NCBI RefSeq assembly: GCF_963921235.1
Contig: NC_086108.1
Location: forward strand, 5,518,001 to 5,582,000
From: Mobula hypostoma
Taxonomy: Eukaryota
Direction: 5' to 3'
DNA length: 64,000 bases
Positions within the stretch are counted from its first letter, which is position 1. Every line of letters starts with the position of its first letter. Shown in pieces: positions 12,640 to 22,612 of this stretch. The notes under the pieces are model-generated. The model had not been told where the DNA came from. It ran no database searches and was given only the letters and a program-made list of their open reading frames with translations. A program made the translations under genes and the position numbers.

Positions 12640-13393
12640 GCTCATCCTGACAGAAATCCAGGATACCACTCCCGACTCAGTCATCCAATTAGCAGGACTA
12701 ATCTGCCTTCAGGTGGACTGAAATGCTGCAACCTCCAGGAAGAACCGTGGAGTTGGTCTGTGTGTTTACGTCAATAAGAACTGGCGTGTAGATGTCTTGG
12801 TGGTAACGGTCCACTGCTCACCGCAGATAGAGTTTTTAAATGGTGAAGTGCAACCCCTTCTGCGTACTGAGGGAGTTCACTGTCACTGTGATTATTGGTG
12901 TTTACGTTCCCCACTCCACACCTGCCGTGCTGGTGCTGGGGAAGCGCTACAGGAGCTCTATGCACAATCTGTAACCTCGTCATTGCTGCTGGTGACTTCA
13001 ATCATACCAACTTAAAAACAGTCCTGCCAAAAGCTCTACCAGCATGTCAACTTCACAACCAGAGGAGAGGATATATTAGACCTGGTTTACACCAAAGCTC
13101 ATAGAGCCTACAAGTCTGATCCCCGTCCCCACCTCGGATAGTCAGACCACATATCCATTTTGCTAATCCCTGAACGTACACCACTGGTTAAGAGAGTCAA
13201 ACCAGTTCACAGGGAAATCAGGAGCCACCTCAGGACTGCTTCAAAAGCATGGACTGGAGCACACTTAGGGAGATGACTACCTATATCACCACATCAACAT
13301 TGATGAATATGCAAGATGCAATGGCTACATAGAAAAATGTACTGAGAACGTTATCGTGATTAAGCACTACATTGCCAGGGCAAACCAGAAACC
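12640..13393 (+). mobile_element. Rex1/Babar-like APE endonuclease fragment
   Basis: AGDFNHTNLKTVLPK motif, frameshifted. Confidence 0.65.
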
Positions 13394-13886
13394 ATGATGG
13401 CCAAACATTTTAATTCCAATGCCCATTCCTGTCCTGACACATCGCTTCAAAGCCTCAGGGTGGAGGAGCTACACCTTATATTCTGTCTAGGTAGCCTCCA
13501 ACCTGATGGCATGCATATCAATTTCTCCTTTCAGTTAAAAAAAATTATTTTCCCCTTCCCCCTTCTTCTATTCTTCGCTCTGCCCTCTTACCTCTTCTCA
13601 CCTGACCACCACCTCCCTCTGGATTTCTTCCTCCTTCCCTTTCTCCTATGGGAGACTCTCCTCTCCTATCAGACTCCTTCCTCTCCAGCCTTTTGTCTTT
13701 CCTCCCCAACTAGTTTCACCAATAACCTTCCAGCTAGCCTCCTCCCCCTCTCCCCACCTTTTTATTCTGAGGTCTTCTCCCTTCCTTTTCAGTCCTGAAG
13801 AAGGGTCTCAGCACGAAAAGTCGACTGTTTATTCCCCTCCATAGATGCTGCCTGACCTGCTGAGTTCCTCCAGCATTTTGTGTGTA
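13394..13886 (+). mobile_element. Penelope-like 3' fragment
   Basis: HLIFCLGSLQPDGM, pyrimidine tract and a degenerate hammerhead at about 13791-13826. Confidence 0.75.
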
Positions 13887-14585
13887 GTCACATAGATGTT
13901 CTCACAGAGAGGAGTTAGAGTTATAGTGCTACAGCACAGAAGCAGGCCCTTCGGCCCATCTTGTGCATGCCGAATTGTTACTCGGCCTAGTCTCATCAAT
14001 CTGCACCTGCAGCATAGCTCTCTATACTCCTCCCATCCATGTACTTACCCAAACTTCGCTTAAATGTCTGTTAATTCTCCCTTAATCTACGTCAAACTCC
14101 CAAATGAGTCCTGGTGTTGATGCTGAAGACCAAAGCCCAGACATCAGGGCCCAATGGCTGGAACACTGTATCTGCCCCAACACTTGCGAATACGGATGCT
14201 GGAAATGGGGTTGGTGGACTGTGTGTATGTCTGGGTGGGAGAGTGGGAGGAAAGGAGCTTGTTTTGCTGTTGTTTTGTTGCTTGTTGCATTCTGTGTTGC
14301 TCTGCCGAGCATTGTGGGCATGCTATGTTGGCACTGGAATGTATGGCAACACTTGTGGGGTACCCCCAGCACATCCCCAGGGTGTGTTAACACCAACCCA
14401 CATTTCACTGTATCTTTCAGGTACTTGTGATAAAAAAAAATCTAAATCTGAAATGTTCACATCATGGATAGAAACACCAGGTTTGACCATTCTCGGTTTA
14501 CAGTACATAAGAGAAATTCTTCACTATACAGGGAAGTTATTTTCAAACTAGTGAAAACAAAAAACTTGTAGAATCACAGGCCTAC

Positions 14586-14673
14586 CTGTTATCCACAAAA
14601 CTGACAGCATAGTTGACAGCTGGTCCCGCTGGAATCCCGGCATCTTTGAAAAACTGAATCCACTCTGATGTGG
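14586..14673 (-). CDS. C19orf47: C19orf47 orthologue, exon 2
   Basis: Acceptor ttttctgcag|CC, donor AACAG|gtagg; 88 bp. Encodes ATSEWIQFFKDAGIPAGPAVNYAVSFVDNR, nearly identical to the human C19orf47 N-terminus as I recall it (MVSVTMATSEWIQFFKEAGIPPGPAVNYAVMFVDNR). Confidence 0.9.
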
Positions 14674-14704
14674 CTGCAGAAAAGGAAAAAGGTTTTCATT
14701 TTTG

Positions 14705-14740
14705 AGTCCTGATGAAGGGTCTCGGCCTGAAACGTCGACT
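14705..14740 (+). ncRNA. Minimal type-I hammerhead ribozyme motif (Penelope-associated)
   Basis: agtc CTGATGA a ggg-tctcgg-cct GAAA cg TC gact; intact core and palindromic ACGT at stem III. Confidence 0.72.
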
Positions 14741-14834
14741 GCACCTCTTCTTAGAGATGCTGCCTGGCCTGCTGCGTTCACCAGCAACTTTGATGTGTGT
14801 TGCTTGAATTTCCAGCATCTGCAGAATTCCTGTT
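14706..14834 (+). mobile_element. Short Penelope-like 3' end with 14-bp TSD
   Basis: gttttcatttttga duplicated at 14692-14705 and 14835-14848. Confidence 0.85.
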
Positions 14835-14949
14835 GTTTTCATTTTTGAAGTTTGTCAACTTACAGGTAGGGCACCTATCCTAAACAAAACCACACAGAAG
14901 TGTACTTCAGACTGGAAATATTGACCAAGATTGGACTCTGTAGTTCATG

Positions 14950-15146
14950 CAACACACACAAAATGCTGGAGGAACTCAGCAGGCCAGGCAGCATCTATGG
15001 AAAAGACTACAGTCGACTGTCCTGCTGAAGCGTCTCGGCCCAAAATGTCGACTGTACTCTTTTCCACAGATGCTGCCTGGCCTGCTGAGCTCCTCCAGCA
15101 TTTTGTGCGTGTTGCTTGGATTTCCAGCATCTGCAGATTTTCGCTT
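14950..15146. mobile_element. Penelope-like fold-back mini-insertion
   Basis: About 70-bp inverted arms around a degenerate hammerhead; TSD ctct(g/a)tagttcatg at 14936-14949 and 15147-15160. Confidence 0.82.
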
Positions 15147-16036
15147 CTCTATAGTTCATGTTATGATGTGTTTCCGGTTTCTGGATGCTGCTTTTTATTT
15201 GTTGCTATTTTAGGTGATTTTGAATCAGAGCAGTCTGCAGATAATGAACACTGAACTAAACTGAAAATGTCTGGACTCTTTCGATTTTGTATTTTATATT
15301 GTGTCTTTCGCTTTTTTTGGTTGTCGTTTGCACAGTTTGATTTTTTTGCGCATGATGGAGGGTGGGGGATTGATGTTTTTCGTTGAACTAGTTCCACTGT
15401 TTTCTTTGTTTCGTGGCTGTCTGTGGGAAGATGAATCTCAGGGTTGTATACAGCATACATACTTCGATAATAAATGTACTTTGAATTTTTGAGCTCCATT
15501 AGGGTGAAATCTTATGGCTGAATAGAAAAAAATAACTAAATTTAAACTGTAAACAGACTATCTGCCTGGAGTAAAATGGGAAGGGGCTCCCCAGTCTATT
15601 GAGGGCACCATTCTCTGTGTAAACACAAGAGATTCCGCAGATGCTGAGCAACACAGGATGATGGAGGAACTCAGCAGGTCAGGCAGTATCTACAGAGCGG
15701 AATAACAGTCAACAATTTGGACCAAGACTCTTCATCGGGTCCTAATGAAGGGGCTTGAGTCTGAAACATTGGCTGCTTATTCCTCTCAGCAGATGGTACC
15801 TGACCTGCTGAGATCCTCCAGCAATTTGCGTGTGTTCTTCACCATTATATTTGTATTCATTTTTTGGGACCTTAAGAGTCACTGACGAGACTTCAAGAAG
15901 GCGGTGGTGAACGGCTTTACTGACAACCATGCCACTCCTTCTGATGAAGGTACTCCCAATCCCTCCCCCACAGTGGCGTTAGGCAGGGGGTGTCAGAATT
16001 GAGACTCAGTGAAAAGGGTGGCGGGGTTGAGATAAG

Positions 16037-16868
16037 TCATAGTCATACTTTATTGATCCCGGGGGAAATTGGTTTTCGTTACAGTTGCACCATAAATAAT
16101 AAATAGTAATAAAACCATAAATAGTTAAATAGTAACATGTAAATTATGCCAGGAAATAAGTCCAGGACCAGCCTATTGGCTCAGGGTGTCTGACCCTCCA
16201 AGGGAGGAGTTGTAAAGTTTGATGGCCACAGGCAGGAATGACTTCCTATGACGCTCTGTGCTGCATCTCGGTGGAATGAGTCTCTGGCTGAATGTACTCC
16301 TGTGCCCAACCAGTACATTATGTAGTGGATGGGAGACATTGTCCAAGATGGCATGCAACTTGGACAGCATCCTCTTTTCAGACACCACCGTGAGAGAGTC
16401 CAGTTCCATCCCCACAACATCACTGGCCTTATGAATGAGTTTGTTGATTCTGTTGGTGTCTGCTACCCTCAGCCTGCTGCCCCAGCACACAACAGCAAAC
16501 ATGATCACACTGGCAACCACAGACTCGTAGAACATCCTCAGCATCGTCTGGCAGATGTTAAAGGACCTCAGTCTCCTCAGGAAATAGAGACGGCTCTGAC
16601 CCTTCTTGTAGACAGCCTCAGTGTTCTTTGACTAGTCCAGTTTATTGTCAATTCGTATCCCCAGGTATTTATAATCCTCCACCATGCCCACACTGACCCC
16701 CTGGATGGAAACAAGGGTTACCAGTACCTTAGCTCTCCTCAGGTCTATCACCAGCTCCTTAGTCTTTTTCACATTAAGCTGCAGATAATCTGCTCACACC
16801 ATGTGACAAAGTTTCCTACCATAGCCCTGTACTCAGCCTCATCTCCCTTGTTGATGCATCCAACTATG
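16037..16868 (-). mobile_element. Rex1/Babar-type LINE 3' fragment
   Basis: Near-identical to 2376-3180; ends SSLGGSDTLSQ*; (catagt)n tail on the plus strand. Confidence 0.85.
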
Positions 16869-17222
16869 TCTCTACCAAAGGAGGTGTAAAGCGCTCTTTT
16901 CCTCCACTAGCCTGCAGGTCACCCTTGGGCAAAGTACAGCACCTACTTACCCCCAATACCCACACCCCCTCCCCCCTCCCTCCCCCACGGGAGCATGTGC
17001 TGGACATCAGAAGTCCTGGTTATGTGATCACTGACACCAGGCAGACAATCGCTGAGGAGTATTGATAATGGCTGGAGTCACCTGTTTTGTAAAGACTCTG
17101 CCCAGAAGGTGGCAATAGCAAATCATTTCTGTAGAAAAATTTGCCAAGAACAATCATGGTCATGGAAAGACTGTGATCGCCCACATCAAACAACACGGCG
17201 CAGAATGAACAACAGTGAACGA
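16869..17222 (+). mobile_element. RTE-related non-autonomous element (other copies about 40830-41170 +, 51735-52165 -, 59000-59395 -)
   Basis: Four similar ~350-bp copies in the window, carrying a gaaggcaatggcaaaccacttc motif like RTE/Bov-A elements. Confidence 0.55.
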
Positions 17223-18164
17223 ACCTTGAGACATTTCCAACTCGGGATGTTCCATGACATGGAGAGGAACTGATGGCAATGTTTAAAAATTCAAAGTGAA
17301 TTTATTATCAAAGTACATATATGTCACCATATACAACAATGAGATTCAATTTCCTTTGGGCATTCACAGTAAACACAAACACAATAATGCTACACAACAA
17401 AGAGGGACAAACAACCAACATGCAAAAGACAACAAACTGTGCAAATAAAGAGAAACAAAACAACACTAATAAATAATAAGCAATAAATATTGAGAACATG
17501 AATTGTAGAGTCCTTGAAAATGAGTCTATAGGTTGTGCAATCATTTTAATGTTAGTGTGAGTGAAGTTATCCTCTCTGGTTCAAGAGCCTGTTGGCTGAT
17601 GGATAATAATTGTTCTGAACCTGCTGGTGTGGGGCTTGAGGTTCCTGTACCTCCTTCCTGATGCCAGTAGTGAGAAGAGAGCACAGTGCCTCTATGCAGC
17701 CACTGTCCAAGTCCTTCTTGGTGGTAGAGGTCATGGGTTTGGAAGCTGGTGTCAGAGCAGCGCAGTTGAATAACTGCACCGTATCTGCAAATGGTATACA
17801 CTGTGGCTACGCTGCACTGCTGGTGGCTGGAATGAATTGTGCAGGTTAATCCAGAAATTTTAAGTACTCTTTTTCCCCTGCCTTGAAGTGTAGTGGACTG
17901 CGGGGTGATCTTATCAAGATGTACAAAATCATGAGGGGCATGGAGAGTCGGGAAGCAAGTGCTACAGGGCATAAGATTCAGGTGCAGCCAAAAGATTTAA
18001 TAAGAACCTGAGAGGCAAATATTATCTCCATGTGAAGATTTAACATATGTGGAACAAGCTGCCAGAGGAAGGCACACCAATAACATTTTAGGATCAGCTT
18101 CTTCCCCTCCACCATTAGATTTCTGAACAGTAGAGCTACTAGGACTTGATGTTTCAATCCCCAT

Positions 18165-18572
18165 GGTAAGTTGGCACTCTCGATGTTGGCAGTGGGTTTG
18201 GAGTGGTGACAAGGAGGGAGGGTAAGTACGGCATTGGGGTCATCAGGTGGGCACCCTCCTTCTTTGACGTTTCGTTGATAAGCCCATGACGTCTCCAGAG
18301 GGCTCGAAGGTGCTACCTGGTGTCCCAGATACACCCCCTCAGTTCCATACCCTCCTGTCTTCATCTTGCAGCCCAGTTGTTGTCTTTCCTTTTAATCCAA
18401 ATCCAATTGCTGCTTTCTTCTGCTGCATTTGACAAGGACCTGGCTGCTTGTTGGAGGGAGTGACGCCTCACCCCCATCTTCTTCAACAGACTGGTTGTAG
18501 ATGTAGCAACGAATCCCCTGCATCCCACTTCTACAGGGAAAATCTTGGTCTTCCAGCCATTCTGGGCAGCAG
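18165..18572 (-). mobile_element. HERO-like (RLE-clade) non-LTR retrotransposon 3' fragment
   Basis: GWKTKIFPVEVGCRGFVATS...AAEESSNWIWIKRKD* resembles the C-terminal restriction-like endonuclease region of HERO elements. Confidence 0.7.
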
Positions 18573-18682
18573 AACATGAACCCATGAAAACTTAACTCAC
18601 TGCTGGCTCTCTTTTTGCACCACTTATTTATGGTAACTTACAGGATTTTTTATGTATTGCACTGTAACGCTCCTACAAAGGG

Positions 18683-19362
18683 ACCCAGGAATACAAGTCC
18701 ATAATTCATTGAAGTGGGTGTCACAAGCAGATAGGGTTGTAAATAAAGCTTTTGGCATATTGGCCTTTGTAAATCAAAGTATTAGTACAGGAGATGGGAT
18801 GTCAGTTGAAGTTGTGTAAGACATTGGTGAGCCTAATTAGGAATACTGTGTGTAGTTTTGGTCACCTACCTACAGGACAGATGTAAAGGTTGAAAAGAGT
18901 ACAGATAAAATTTACAAGTATGTTGCTAGGTTGGGAGGATCCACGTTACATGGAAAGATTAAATAGGTTAGGATGCTATTCCTTGGAACGTAGAAGATTG
19001 AGAGGCAATGTGATAGAGGTATAGACAATTATGAGGGGGATAGATAGAGTAAATGCAAGCAGGCTTTTTCCACTGAGGTTGGGTACGACTACAACCACAG
19101 GTCATGGGTTAAGGGTGAATGGTGAAATTAAGGGGAACGTGGGGGGAATTTTCTTCACTCAACGGGTCATGACAGTGTGGAATGAGCTGCCAGTGCAAGT
19201 GGTACATGCAAGCTCAATTTCAACACTTAAGAGAAGTTCAATAGGTACGTAGATGGCAGGGGTATGGAGGGCTATGGTCTAGGTGCAAGTTACTGTAAGT
19301 AGACAGCTTAAATAGTTTTGGCATGGACTAGATGGCCCGATGGGCCTGTTTCTGCGCTGACT
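18683..19362 (+). mobile_element. CR1 3' fragment (same family at about 46020-46680 +, 53470-54000 -, 60090-60500 -, 61920-62570 +)
   Basis: MRGIDRVNASRLFPLR...FFTQRV..WNELP. Confidence 0.8.
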
Positions 19363-20517
19363 CTGGGTAAAATGAAAACTTGTCTGCAGCACCGAAGGCT
19401 CACAAGTACAAACAACAAACAGAAAGTAATCAAAACAGTGAATTGAGAAAACAAAACCTGCCAAAACAAAGCAAAAAAGACACAATCAGAAACAAGCCCG
19501 TGGTAGTTTAAGAGGTGGTCCACAGTGTTCCATAGGGTTAGGGTTGTGTGGGTTCAAGAATTGGCCAGCATGGTAGTGTAGTGGTGAGCTCAATGCTTCA
19601 CAGTACTGGCAATCTGGGTTCAATTCCTGGTGCGGCCTGTAAGAACTTTGTACATTCTCCCCGTGATCTCACTCCTTTATTATCGGCTCATTTATTTACG
19701 TACTTATTTATTGAGTTACAACGTAGAATAGGCTCTTCCGGCCCTTCGAGCTCCCCCGATTTAATCCTAGCCTAATCATGCGCCAACTTACAATGACCAA
19801 TTAACCTACCAACCGGTAGGTCTTTGGACTGTGGGAGGAGACCCACATGGTCACAGGAACAGCGTACAGGCAGCGTCAGGAATTGAACCCAGGCCACCCG
19901 TTCTGTAAAGTGTTGTGCTAACCTCTACACTACTCTGTCCCCCGGGTGCTCCAGCTTCCTCCCACAGTCTTAAGTGTGCCTGTTGGTCATTGTAAATTGG
20001 GGGGATTGCTGGGCAGTGTAGCTCCAGGGGCAGGAGGGGCCTATTCCATGCTGTACCTCAATAAACAAGATAAAATAAAAATAGACTTTGATGTTTGTAG
20101 GAAAGCAGTTGTTCCTGTACCTGGTTGTGTGGGTCTTCAGACTTGTGTGCCCCCAGCCATAAGAAGCGGGCATGACACAAGCAGTGGGATCTTTGACAAC
20201 AGATGTTGCCTTTCAAATGCAGCACCTCCTGTAGCTGGTGTTAATTAATGAAAGGGTGTGCGCATGATGTATCCATCATTTAGAATGGGAGGGGGTACTC
20301 TCAGCACAGCACATCACTCACTTAAAACCAAGACAAGGAAGGAGAACTTCTCTCAGAGGATGATGAATCTTTGGAATTCTTTACCGCTGAAGGCAGGGGA
20401 ACCAGACCGATTAAATAATTAAATGCATTCAGGGGTGAAAAGAGCTCTAGACTTTTGGGGAATGAAAGATATGGGAATCAGAAAGTTAAAATCAATCAGT
20501 TAAGACAATGTGACATA

Positions 20518-21615
20518 CAGTTGCAAGCAAATTTGTGAACCCTTTGCAATAATCTGGTTTTCTGCATTAATTACACATAATTTGTAGAATGATCTTCATC
20601 TAAGCCATGAAAATAGGCAAATGCAATCTGCCTAAAATAATGACACACAAATAATTGTGCTTCTTCTCATCAATACCGAGTATACCATTTAAATAAACAC
20701 GGTCTGGGTTCAAAAAGGTATGCAAACCTCCGGGGTACTGCCTCCTACAAAAGCTATTCGGAGCCCGGTGTTTCCATCAATGAGGTGAGACTGAAGGTGT
20801 GGGTTGTAGAGGTGCCCTGCCCTTTAAGAAAGACACACGAAGTCAGAGCCTGACAGAGCCTGCTCTCTTCTCAAGAAAGATCCCTTTATGTGCACCATAA
20901 GGAAAAAGGGCAGTACACATCAACAGCAAAACCTCATCCCAACTGTGAAGCATGGAGGAAGGAGCATCATGGTTTGGAGCTGCTTTGCTGCCTTAGGGTC
21001 TAGACAGCTTGGGGACAATGAATTTAAAATCGGATCAAGATATTTTACAGGAGAATGTCAGGGTAGCAGTCCATCATCTGAAGCTAAATAGAAGTTGGAT
21101 GATGCAACAAAACAATGATCCGAAACACAAAAGTAAATCAGCAATAATGGTTTAAAAAGAAGAAAATTCGTGTTTGGAATGGCCAAGTCAGTGTCCAGAC
21201 CTTAACCCAATTGAGATGCTGTGGCATGACCTGAAGAGGGCTGTTTTTGCAAGGTATCCCAGAAATATTGATGCACTGAAACAGTTCATGTGGAGGAATG
21301 ATCTAAAATTCTTTCTCGCCATTGTGAAAGTCTGATCAGTAGCTACAGGCACCGTTTGGTGGAGGTTACTGCTGCCAAAGAAAGTTCTACCAGTTATTAA
21401 ATACAAGTGTTCACATACTTCTTCCACACTAGACTGTGAATGATTAAACAATGTGTTCAATAAAGACATGAAGAGTACAATATCTGTATGTTATTAGTTT
21501 AGGCAGATTGTGTTTGTCTATTATTGTGACTTAGATTAAGATCAGGCAATTTATGAGTAATCAATGCAGACAACCAGGTAATTACAAAGGGTTCACAAAC
21601 TTTTTCTTGCAATTG
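20518..21615 (+). mobile_element. Internally deleted Tc1-like DNA transposon
   Basis: Long imperfect TIRs (cagttgcaag...tttgtgaaccctttg / caaagggttcacaaac...cttgcaattg) flanked by TA. Transposase remnants PTVKHGGRSIMVW, QQNNDPKH and WPSQCPDLNPIEMLW. Confidence 0.88.
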
Positions 21616-21664
21616 TAGCTAGTTCAAGAGGGCATAAAATGTATCCCTAGCTGCAAATGCTGAT

Positions 21665-22505
21665 CTTAGATGTGATCATTGATGACCATTGTTGGTACAG
21701 AACCTCAGATGATGACGAGAGGGCACACAGGAGCGAGATATACCAGCTGGTTGAGTGGTGTCACAGCAACAACCTTGCCCTCAACGTCAGTAAGATGAAA
21801 GAGCTGATTGTGGACTTCAGAAAGGGTAAGACAAGGGAACACACACCAGTCCTCAGAGGGATCTTAATGAAGGGAGTGAAGTTTCTGGGTGTCAACATCT
21901 CTGAGGACCTAACCTGCACACAACATATTGACGCAGCTATAAAGTCAGCAAGACAGTGGCTATATTTCATTAGGAGTTTGAGGAGATGTCACCAAAATCA
22001 CTCACAAATTTCTACATATGTAGCATGGAGAGCATTTGAACTAGCTGCATCACTTTCCAGTATGGGGGTGGGGGGGGGGGGATGAACTGCACAGCATCAA
22101 AGTAAACTGCAGAGAGTTGTAAACACTATCAGCTTCACCATGAGCATTAGCCTCCAAGACACCTTCAAGGAACGGTGCCTCAAAAAATTGGTGTCCATCA
22201 TTAAGGACCTCCATTTCCCAGAACATGCCTTGTTCTCATTGCTACCTTCAGGAAGAGGGTACAGAAGCCTGAAGGCAAACACTCAACGATTCAGGAACAG
22301 CACCTTCCCCTCTGCTGTCTGATTTCTGAATGGACATTGAACCCATGAACACTACCTCACTACTTTTTTTATTTCCTATTTTTTGTACTTTTTTTGTTAT
22401 TCACAAGTTTTTTCTCTCACGATTATTATGTATTGCATTGTACTGCCACCGCGTAACAACAATTTTCATGACATATGCTGGTGATATTAAACCCGATTCT
22501 GATTA
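21665..22505 (+). mobile_element. Rex1/Babar-type LINE 3' fragment (related copies about 39480-40005, 48365-48790, 57335-57800, 57970-58610)
   Basis: [23 protein letters not shown] and LLPSGRGYRSLK. Confidence 0.78.
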
Positions 22506-22532
22506 AGTTACAACTTAACAATGGATCTAATC

Positions 22533-22612
22533 CAGGAGTTCACAACCTTTATTATGCCATAGAACCCTACCATTAACTGAGGGGTCCATGGACCCCAGGT
22601 TGGGAACCCCTG
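22533..22612. mobile_element. 80-bp hAT MITE (related copies about 42390-42467, 45590-45660, 45900-45962, 55670-55741)
   Basis: TIR caggagttcacaacc / ggttgggaacccctg and perfect 8-bp TSD atcTAatc at 22525-22532 and 22613-22620. Confidence 0.85.

Noticed and set aside
1..14585. C19orf47 exon 3
   Set aside because: I found no sequence encoding the expected IQKSMLLDL-like peptide in the non-repeat gaps; it probably lies outside the window.
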